Assembly (NCBI GenBank): GCA_951406725.2
Contig: OX597815.1
Location: 134,478,001-134,542,000 of the forward strand
Direction of reading: 5' to 3'
Origin: Octopus vulgaris
Lineage: Eukaryota
Length of the DNA stretch: 64,000 bases
In this document: positions 52,702-64,000 of the stretch, piece after piece
Layout of the letters: every line of letters begins with the position of its first letter
Numbering within the stretch: the stretch's first letter is position 1
Program-made: the position numbers and the translations under genes
The notes under the pieces: model-generated
The model's database searches: none
The model's input: the letters and a program-made list of their open reading frames with translations, nothing else
Told to the model about the DNA's origin: nothing

Positions 52702-52754
52702 GTCTTAACAGCTGTTTCTTGGATATTTATTAATTATATCCCTTCATCGGAGAC
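52702..52754 (-). ncRNA. Degenerate minimal type I hammerhead ribozyme
   Basis: Minus strand reads gtct-CCGATGA-ag-ggatat(aattaataa)atatcc-aa-GAAA-CAGCTG-TtA-agac. Palindromic stem III, with one extra base at the cleavage site. Confidence 0.6.
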
Positions 52755-53216
52755 GGTGTGAGAGTATAGTTAAGTCATAGTTAGTTTAGATGTGATACAA
52801 AATAGAGAGTGAGGTGGAGGAAAGAAAATAGATGCAAGATATGTATGGGTATTGAAGTTGTAAATTCATTTTTTTAAGGCATAATGGTATATATGCAATA
52901 TTCCAATATCCTATGAGTAAAGTCCAAAAGTCCAACAGAGTTTAAAATGAGTCCTTCCAAATATAGAGTTTATAAGCAATGTAAGATTCCCTTATGAGTG
53001 AGATCCAGCAGATTTTTAAACTTGGTCATTCCCAGTAGAGAATTTATATACAGTATTGCCGAGTTAAAGGTTTTTATTTAAAGTGACCTTTCTCTATTTC
53101 TAAGGGTAAAAATAAAGCAATCCTACAAAACTCAGCTGATCTTTACTCACAGACGTACAGAATAACAGCAATCATATAACGACAGTGGAGTGCACAACAA
53201 GCACCAGCGATCCGAC

Positions 53217-53376
53217 TACTAGCGTAGCTGGGGTGGTGGTGGCGGAAGGGGCGGTCCGCCCTGGGCAGCACTTTTAAAGGGGTACCACTTTTAAAGGGAC
53301 ACCACTTTTGGGTCTACTGTAGGCAATGTGTTTTTTGTGGAGTCAGGTGGCGGCACACACTCTAGCTACCCTAGTG
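53217..53376. mobile_element. hAT-type MITE
   Basis: TIRs actagcgtagct / agctaccctagt and an 8 bp TSD gatccgac / gatctgat (two transitions). Confidence 0.7.
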
Positions 53377-53910
53377 GATCTGATTATCGCCTGTACTCTT
53401 GACAAAAGATGCCAATTAGTCTTTTACATCTATCAGGTTCGTTCATATTAGCCCGAGTTGCTGGATAATATTTCGTTCCTTTAGGTATTTTGTAGAACGG
53501 AAAATTTTCATAGATTGAAATTTAAATCCTAATCTTTATAGAAATTTATAGCTTCCAAAAAATATTGAATATAAATCACTTTTAATTTTTACGATTATAG
53601 ATAACAACTCGGGTTGTAACTTCTGAACTCAAGTCAGGCGTGTGTGAACGATGTCGAGAGAATGTCTGCTACGAATGATATTTTTTGACACCGGGCAGTT
53701 CAATTATTTTCGTTCAGAGTCTAGCGTCATAAAATATCATGTTTGGTGAAACATTGCAACCTGCTGTTTACATTACATATATATAATTCCAACAGCTAGA
53801 ATGCTTTTGAGCTTGATGAAGGCTGTTCTGAGACTAACATAATAATAATAATAATAATAATAATAATAGTAGTAATAACAGTAATAAGAATAAAATAATA
53901 TTAATAATAA

Positions 53911-53960
<50 letters not shown>

Positions 53961-53971
53961 ATAATAATAAT

Positions 53972-54112
53972 GCACTGCACACATCCTACGCAGAACACTT
54001 TCCATACAATAACCATCAGAGCATCACAACAAATCACAGCACATACCCAAGGCACACAGAGCTGCGCTCGGTAGTGAAGTGAAAGCACGCTATAAAAATA
54101 AAACTACTGAAT
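53972..54112 (+). mobile_element. 3' end of R4/Dong-like RLE non-LTR retrotransposon in (TAA)n
   Basis: Reads TAHILRRTLSIQ* (GTAxILRxxL C-terminal motif of R4/Dong), then a short UTR with aataaa. Flanked by (TAA)n, the known Dong target. Confidence 0.75.
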
Positions 54113-54147
54113 AATAATAATAATAATAATAATAACAATAGTAGTAT

Positions 54148-57100
54148 TCAAAACGAAGAGCGAGATTCGATTGTAATAGATATTTTATTGGTTGAACGGC
54201 ATTTCAACAGTAAGTCTGTCTTTGTCAAGTTCAAAATAAGAAGTGATAAAAATTCAAAATTATAGAAATATAAACGTAAAGTATGAACGAGAGCAACCAA
54301 CATCCACACGTTGATGGAATGACATCATCAGTTTTTAATTTACAATTTTATAACAAGCGAAAAGAAAAAGACAGAAAAAAAATAGAAAAAAGAAGACGAC
54401 AGAAAAAAGGAAAGAAAAAAGAGAAAAAGAATATTTAATCAAACAGTTTTGTATAAATTTGATAATATTCTCCTGTCATCTTATTCATTCCTCCAGGGCG
54501 TGATGTTATTAAACCGCAAACATATTTCTCCTCATACATTCTGAAAAAGTGAAAGTGAAGCAGATTCAGAATATTTTCTGAGAATATGCACTTTCAAGTC
54601 TTCTTCAAAATTGCAGCTGCTTGAAACGAAATGTTCAGCAAGTTCTGTCGAACTACTGTAATTGTGCCTGACGTCGAATCTGCGCCCATTAAACCTTTTG
54701 TTTAATTGTTCTGCTGTGCAACCAGCATAAATCAAGTGTTTTCGTGCATTCTGCAGCGTACACCAAATGGGAATCTTTACATGTTTCACCTTCTGTATAA
54801 ACCATAACATTTCTGTTATTTCTGATGGAATTCACTTCACTCATGTTGTTGCGCAAGGAACAGGGCTTACCTCTCTTGCGGCTGTTCTTTAAGGTACAGC
54901 GTGCATATACTCCAATGTTCGTTTTCTTGGAGTCAGAAATAGAGGTCAATAATTCTCTTATATTCTTATTCCGCCTAAAGGCTACAAAAGGCGGCTGAGG
55001 AAATATCTGTTTGAAACGAGGATAATTTTTCGCTATATGCTGGTAACTTTCGTGCAATACTTTTGAAATGCCAGCGATTGTCGGTGTCAGCTAATCACTA
55101 AAGGAATTCTGTCATCTATTGTATTGTGTTTACTAAAATTATGCATGAAGGTTTGACTATCTTTGCTAATCTTAGCTATTTCATTCGCTATTTTCCTTAA
55201 TCGTGATTCACTGTAACCGCGTTTGACATAATGATATACAAAAGCATTTGCATGTTTCCAGTAATACAAATCCGTTCTATCCTCAAAAATTGGGATTTCA
55301 GATTTGACCGAATAAGATGATGTGGATGATCGGAGCGGTGGTGGATATAAATGTGGGATGACGTGGGCTTGCAGAATAACTCTGTCACTATTCTGCCTCC
55401 AGAAAACTTTACTTTTGTGTCCAAAAATTCAACGCTAGTTTTAAAAAACTAGACGTAAATTTTATGTTGGACTTAAAGCCATAGTTTCTAGCATAGCAGT
55501 CATAGAAATGCAAGAAGTCCATTAAACTATCCTGTGATGTCATCATGAACCGTAACCAGAGTACTGGTTCATGACCATGAAGGGATTTGAATGTCTTAAG
55601 TAACTGTGTCTCGAATTTCGTTATGAAGACATTAGCGAAATTAACTGCCTTGGCGCAACCCTTCGTCTGGTGGTTAAATCTTTGTCTAAACTTCATTGTG
55701 TTACTTTCTAATTAATACAAACCTCAATAATCTACAGAGAAACTTTGATGGAATATTTTTGTTTGACCGCTTTTCGAAGGCATCCATGCATGCTTCTACC
55801 CCTTCATTGTGGTCAGTAGTGGGATATAAGGAAGAAACATCCATAGTTACAACCCCCCCCCCCCCCCAAAAAAAAAAAAAAAAATAAACAGTTCTCGACA
55901 CGGCCTCGGTGCTTAAAAAAGTTGATTTTTAGATACAAAATCAAAGGTATCCCGAATATAGGAACTTGATCGTTTTGCGACGGGGAGAAGAAAACCATCC
56001 AGCCATTTCGAAATTTTGGACGTACAACATTCATATCCGCTGCAAACTGAGTGCATTGGAGAAAATCTTTTGAACTCTTTGTGCATCTTAGGAAGACCAT
56101 AAAATACAGGAATTCTTCTTTCTGACCGTAAAATCTTAGATTCGGTCTTATAAACAAAATTGATTTCCTCCATTTCCAGAATTATTTTGTCAAGTTCCTC
56201 TCTGTAATTGGGGTTTGGATCGACAGGTAATTCTTCATATGAAGTTTAGTAATTTAAAACTTCTTCACATGCTCAAATATACTCACTTTTGTCCATAATT
56301 ACGATAGTGCCCCCCCTTATCCGCCATCTTAATAACAGTAGAATCGTTATTAGCTAGACATCGGAGTGCATAACGTTGGGAATTTGTGAGGTTATTCCAG
56401 GACTTCTTTCCACTTGTTTTAAGGCTTTCTCTAATGTCTGCCTGACAAGATTTAAGAATTTCCAGTAGTGCTTGTGAATGTCCATCCCGAACTTTATCTA
56501 GATACCAATTGGGATTCTTTTCAATCCAATTATGCTACATTCGATCATCATCATTTTTATTTTCAGTAAGCATAGGGTTTTCTGACTCCTCGTTACCAGT
56601 TTTTTTCGAAAAAATATTCTTTCAGCTTGTGACGGCGGACAAACTGAAATAATCCTAGTTTATTCTTGTCGAAATTCTTAGTGCTTGGGCAAAAACTCAG
56701 TCCAAGCTCTAAGTTTGAGAGATCATCGGGCGAAAGTTTTAGTTTAGATAAATTTATAACCGACTTATTCTCTAGTGTGATGGTTTTTCTCGGGCAAGTG
56801 GTTTTCAGAGTCTTACTCTCATTAGATTCCTGACTACCTTTTGGGCTTTACTCGAAATCTTCACTTAAAACACGGAACCTACAGAGTGATAAAATTTGTC
56901 CTGAATGTTCATGTGAGAAGTTATAATTTTTACTCGTCTTTCTAGGGGTAATCCATTTCTGGGTGGGTGATAGGAAGTGAGTGACTTCTGTCATTCCATC
57001 AACGTGTGGACGCTGGTTGCTCTCGTTCAAACTTTACGTTTAAATTTCTATAATTTTGAATTTTTATCAATTCTTATTATGAACTTGACAAAGACAGACT

Positions 57101-57165
57101 TATTGTTGAAATATCGTTCAAACAATAAAATATCTATTACAATCGAATCGCGCTCTTCGTCTTGA
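54148..57165 (-). mobile_element. Penelope-like element (RT + GIY-YIG), frameshifted, with 177 bp inverted terminal repeats
   Basis: Minus frames give FYGLPKMHK, TMDVSSLYP, NFANVFI, WLRF, TELFCKPT..HHRSDHP, PFVAFRRNKNIRELL, CKDSHLVYAAEC..LNKRFNG and LITSRPGGMN. 54148-54324 is the reverse complement of 56989-57165. Confidence 0.92.
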
Positions 57166-57204
57166 CTGTTTACCTTTGCGAAGAGTTACGTCCATTCTTT
57201 TTAA

Positions 57205-57261
<57 letters not shown>

Positions 57262-57885
57262 CGGATACTTAAGCCGATTGACGATGGATATTGGGTACGT
57301 GTTGGTTTTCAATATCTCTAGGAAGCGTGTGGTGTGGGTCACTATTTCCTCTGTCCTGTTGCACTTGCCCTGGATGCGTGTAAGCTCATTTCGGGCGCAT
57401 CCTATTTTGACATCGAGAGGAAGGGCTGAATTGCAGTGAACCAACATATCTCTACTGGTTGCTTTCCTGTAGAATTCGGTGTGGATCACTCCTTCCATTA
57501 TTTTCAATAGGAAGTCGAGAAGCGATAGGGATCCAGTGCTGTCGGGATGTTGTATAGTGAACAGTATATTCATGTTGTTGATGTAAGCAAGAGGATGTAA
57601 TCTACGTACCTGGTGAAGAAGGCGATGTTGAGTGCTCGATGTTCCAGGTGTTTCATATAGATGATGGCCAGTAAGTTCGAGGGAGGGAGTAGCCAACAAG
57701 TTCGAGGGAGGGAGTAGCTCGATTACATCCCATGAGAAGACTTGTTGTCTGCTTCTATATTTTATCATGGAAAGAAAAGTAGGTGTTGTCTACGATGATG
57801 GACAATTGTTGATGTGTATCAGCTGCGGTGAGTCCGAAGCAGTGGATGTCGGACGCTACTATGCAGTCAGTCAATAGGTTGACTG
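57262..57885 (-). pseudogene. Second Penelope-like RT fragment
   Basis: NTYFSFHDKI*KQT..LMG and SLSLLDFLL..TEFYRKATSRDMLVHCNSALP..NTYP. Interrupted by short SINE-derived duplications. Confidence 0.78.
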
Positions 57886-58677
57886 CGGCCAACAAGTTCG
57901 AGGGAGGGAGTAGCTCGATTACATCGTCCCCAGTTCTCAACTAATATTCAACCCTGAAAGAATGAAAGGCATAGTCGACCTCGGCGGAATTTGAACTCGA
58001 ACGTAAAGATGGACGAAATGTGGCTAAGCATTTTGCCCAGTATGCTAACGATTCTGCTAGCATTAGCCATTACAAACCCTCGCCACCAGTCCACCATCAC
58101 AACTCTCATCATCAACACTACAATCAGCATTACCAGCTTCACTACTATGATCGAGTTCGTCAGTCGCACAAGAAAACTTGTACAAACGAGGATTCACCTT
58201 TCTTAGTATGCAAAAATACACACATACAGTTTAATTGAACTGGACCTATTGTTTTGAGCTACAGATGTATTTGGGTCGGTGGAGGACGATTTAAGTACAT
58301 TATAAATGCATAATTATATACACACTATTCACATAGACACTCAGACACAATTATAGAAACATATAAGTTAAAAGCAAGCGTAAAGTTATGTTGTAGGGTT
58401 GCATATAGATGACAGAGTCGATATACCTATCGGAGAAGGACCGACAGTACGGATTATGTCATCAGCAGCTAGTACTGTGTCTATGCCCGAAATATTTCAG
58501 TCATCACAAATTCAGTCTACCTAAGTAATAATTTCTTTCAGTGTTTCTCTTAAAGTAAATGCAGCTGTATATTTATATATTTTGTGTCAAGTATAGTGAG
58601 ATAATTCCAGTCTCATCAGTAACTCTCCATGATAACAATACACGTACAAATGTAGATACACTCTCACGCACACGTAC

Positions 58678-58711
<34 letters not shown>

Positions 58712-58735
58712 GCGCGCGCGCGCACACGCACACAC

Positions 58736-58788
<53 letters not shown>

Positions 58789-59189
58789 CACACACACTCA
58801 CACACACACACACACACGCACACACGTCAGACAATGAATACAAAAAGAAGACAATGCAGGAGGGACAAATGTTGTATTAAGGCTTAAAAGAAAGGGGAAG
58901 AGTCTTGGCGCTTCGGACACGAGTCCTTTACCAGGAAAATAGAAGACTGTGAAAAGGTGATTGGGGGAAAAGAAGAGAAAAGGGTTAGGGGTTGAGATGG
59001 GAATGCAGTTTTATGGGGGGGGGGAGTTCGGAAGGGAGGAGGTGGGGGTGACGTGTGCATGTCTAGGAGAGTATCCACATACGGAGATAAGCAGAAGGGG
59101 AGGTGTGTGTATGGTAGTATGGTGGGGCGGGGAAGGGGTTCATTTAAAAATTGATATAATAAGAATATTTTTTTTACTGGACTGTTTTA

Positions 59190-59600
59190 TAAAAAGTGTC
59201 TAAGTATTTTAGACGAGCCATTGGTAATAAAGATTATATAAAGTATGGAAGATCAATTGGCTATAACATTTCACCCCAAATATACGAGGCATTGTGTCAA
59301 TGTTTGGAATCAGTATTTACGAAAAATTGTGGCCGAACATTCTTCGATATACACAATGGTTGTGCTTTGGTGCCGTTGAATAAAACAAAGTAATAGGATT
59401 CTTATTGATAAAAAGATTTCAGTGAATTTATGCATGTCTAGTGAAGTCTATTACGTTCCACATACATGATTCACGTTTGCAAATACTTATAAGAAGAGTG
59501 AAATGTAATAACATTTCCAAAAGATTAACTAGCAGTAAGTCATTGACGTCAGAAGAGTTTGAGAAGGTAAGCTTTTCTATTTTTATAGAAAACTATTTTT
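59190..59600 (+). pseudogene. Very decayed Penelope-like RT fragment (tentative)
   Basis: TFFDIHNGCALVPL resembles Q..GxAMGSPL. The downstream HIHDS..LIRR segment resembles the PLE thumb. Confidence 0.35.
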
Positions 59601-60039
59601 ATTTCTCTAGAAAAACTTCGTATGAGAGAGATAAGAAACGGCTTGGATAGACAGAGCCCATAACGGAGCAGTTTCACTAGATATTTATTGCATCAACAGA
59701 GTCAATGACTTTGCTGATATCGTGAGTAACAGCTTGGCTTTCACGAGGTTTTCAAGCGCAAGCAACAATTATTGCATGACGTAAGAAAACGAACAAATGT
59801 TTAATTAATCTTGGCACTGAGGAGGTAGCAGAACATCATAATCTTTCAGGTTTGGAAGCGCGCACGGCAGGCTGGTTGTTAGTGCTGGAAATATGAAATG
59901 TCTTTCTTGGGGATGTGGGTACACAGTCATGCGCTAGGGTCGAAAACCTACCCCACTTTTTTTTTCTCCAAAAAAGAGAAAAGCTCTACTTTGTAATCTG
60001 TCCCGTCTGTGTGCAGCCCTGTGTGGCTAATAAAGAAAC

Positions 60040-61500
<1,461 letters not shown>

Positions 61501-61819
61501 GAGTGAAATAGAGAACAAAATAGAAAGATAAAGAAAGATGGAAAATGAGAGAAAATGAGAGAAAGAGAAAGCGAGAGCAGGCGCGAAAGAGGAACAGTGT
61601 AAAGTATAAAGTAGGAATACTGTCTAGACCGGTTATTTTTTATGGGCTTAAATGATCGAAATCTGACACTTTTTTTTACATGTGGTCTCATAATATGGCT
61701 ATTATTCATATTTTCGACTTGCTCTTTGTTAAAAACAAGCAGGAAACATTCTTAGCTTTTGATCTTTGTTATCTGAAATGTTATTCAGGATTTACAAACA
61801 AATCAAAAATCCCTCAGTA

Positions 61820-62165
61820 AAACAGAAACGTCGTGGAAAGCTGAGTCAATGGTGTCCTGCTTTTGCAGGACAATGCACCAGCACATACAGCACATGAAAT
61901 TTTACGGTAAATACGCGACTTTGGCTTCGAATCAGTAGACTACCCACCTTACTCTCCTGACTTGGCTCTCTCTGATTATCACCTCTTTCCAAAACTTAAG
62001 AAACATTTTAAGGGAACGAAATTTCACTCCGTTTCGAAAGTGATCGCTGCTACGGAGGCCTGGTTGGATGCTCAACCTTCCGAGTTCTTCTTTTTTTTTA
62101 TAGAAAAACTGAAGAACCTCTGCAATAACTGTGTGAACCTGAGAAGGGGATATGTTGAATAAAAT
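61820..62165 (+). pseudogene. Mariner transposase C-terminal fragment
   Basis: KRRGKL..GVLLLQDNAPAHTA..GFESVDYPPYSPDLALSDYHLFPKLKKHFKGTKF (DD34D, YSPDLAPSD motif), with a stop and a frameshift. Confidence 0.92.
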
Positions 62166-62404
62166 TATATTAAATTTTCATGTTCTTTAACTCTTTTATT
62201 CTTTTACTTGTTTCAGTCATTTGGCTGTGACCATGCTGGAGCACCACCTTGGTCGAACATTCGACCCCAGCACCTATTCATTGTAAACTTAGTACTTATT
62301 CGATCGGTCTCTTTTGCCGAACAGCTAAGTTACGGACACGTAAACACAGACACAAAGATACAAATATATACACACATACATACATACATACATACATACA
62401 TACA

Positions 62405-62437
<33 letters not shown>

Positions 62438-62448
62438 GCATATACGCG

Positions 62449-62492
<44 letters not shown>

Positions 62493-62788
62493 CATACACT
62501 CACATATGAATTGAATTGAACTAGTTTCAGTTCACAAGCTGTGGCCTTTTTATTCGTTTATTCTTTTATTTGTTTCAATCATTCGACTGCGGCTATGCTG
62601 GTGTACAGCCTTTTTAGTCGAAGAAATCGGCCCCAGGAGTTATTCTTTGTAAGCCAGGTACTTAATCTATCGGTGTCTTTTGCTGAACCGCTTCGTTACA
62701 GGGACGTAAACGCACCAACAACGGTTGTCAAGCGATGGTGGGGTTGGGGACAAACTCAATCACAAAGACACACAGACACACACACAAA

Positions 62789-62852
<64 letters not shown>

Positions 62853-63171
62853 AAAGACAGGCTTCCTTCAGTTTCCGTCTACTAAATCCACTCATAAGGC
62901 TTCGGTCGGCCCGAGGTTATAGTAGAAGACACTTGCCCAAGGTGCCATGCAATAAGACTAAACCCGGAACCATGTGTTTGGGGAGCAAGCTTCTTACCAC
63001 ACAACCACGACTGATCCTTCTCCATTCTTTATGGCATCTCCTTTATGGTATCCGCCTAACCATTTGGTATCCTAACCATTTGGTACCCTTTTTTTACAGT
63101 ATCCAGAATTAGCAAGTAAATCACCGCTTGCCAGCCAAAGAAGGACCCTTTACGCTTTGACGGGTTTAGTC

Positions 63172-63431
63172 CAGTGTTTTTCAACCGCGCTCCATGTGAT
63201 CCTTGGGGTTCCATATAAGATTTTGTTGTTAAGTATTTATCTTCAATAAATTGATTACACTTCAACACTACACAAAATATTTTAACACTTTCATTTATAC
63301 AATTCCTTATAATATTTGATTATGGAAATATAATAGGATTTCTTTAAACACCGAATGGCTATGAGGGTCCACCCGAGTAAAATAGGAATCGCAGGGGTCC
63401 ATAGGCAAAACATGGTTGAAAAAAATCACTG
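63172..63431. mobile_element. hAT (Charlie-like) MITE nested in a SINE
   Basis: TIRs cagtgtttttcaacc / ggttgaaaaaaatcactg and an 8 bp TSD gtttagtc / gtttagcc. Confidence 0.8.
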
Positions 63432-63540
63432 GTTTAGCCGAACAAATCGACCTCAGTACTTTATTTTTAACCTGGTGCTTATTCTATTGGTATTTTTTGC
63501 CGACTACTAAATTATGAGGACGCAAACAAACCAACGCCTG

Positions 63541-63614
<74 letters not shown>

Positions 63615-63655
63615 CTTTCTCTTTTTCTCTCTCCTTCTCTCCCTCTCTCTAGCTA

Positions 63656-63703
<48 letters not shown>

Positions 63704-64000
63704 GCATACATGTACGATGGGCTTCTTTCAGTTTCTGACTACAGTATCCACTCACATGGCTTTGGTCAGTTCGGGGCTATATTAGGAGACAATAGCCTAA
63801 GGTACTCCGTTGTGGGTCTGAATTCAGAAACCATGTGGTTGTAAAAGAGCTTCTTAACTACACAGCCTTTGCCTGGACGAATGCTTCATTAGTTTACTGT
63901 GCAGAATCCAACTCTTTCCGTGGATATGTATGGGCATAACAGATGTTTTATCCTGACTAATCTCTTATCTACGAAGTCTCGGTCCCAGAAGTCAGCTGCA

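Noticed and set aside
58459-58465. CTGATGA on the minus strand as another hammerhead
   Set aside because: No GAAA, stem III or stem I partner at a suitable distance.

Overview
AT-rich, microsatellite-dense eukaryotic DNA, most likely an Octopus (coleoid cephalopod) genome judging from its SINE/LINE families (my recognition, not a search). The only host gene I can support is SDHD (succinate dehydrogenase cytochrome b small subunit): three + strand coding exons at 24380-24550, 27035-27194 and 29290-29452. Its first exon was not found. Much of the rest is transposon-derived: tRNA-derived SINEs, RTE-type and CR1/L2-group LINE fragments, several Penelope-like element (PLE) remnants (one ~3 kb with inverted terminal repeats), an R4/Dong 3' end, Helitrons, and mariner/hAT/piggyBac-type MITEs. 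The most interesting signal is six minimal type I hammerhead ribozyme motifs between 41.9 and 52.8 kb. Four sit in non-coding 430-550 bp units next to (TA)n tracts, two of which are partially tandem, and two related units show compensatory stem changes. They look like retrozyme-like non-autonomous PLE-dependent elements that could make circular RNAs. There is also an apparent switch from CpG-depleted to CpG-retaining DNA near 34.5 kb. Nearly all ORFs in the supplied track are microsatellite or repeat artefacts.
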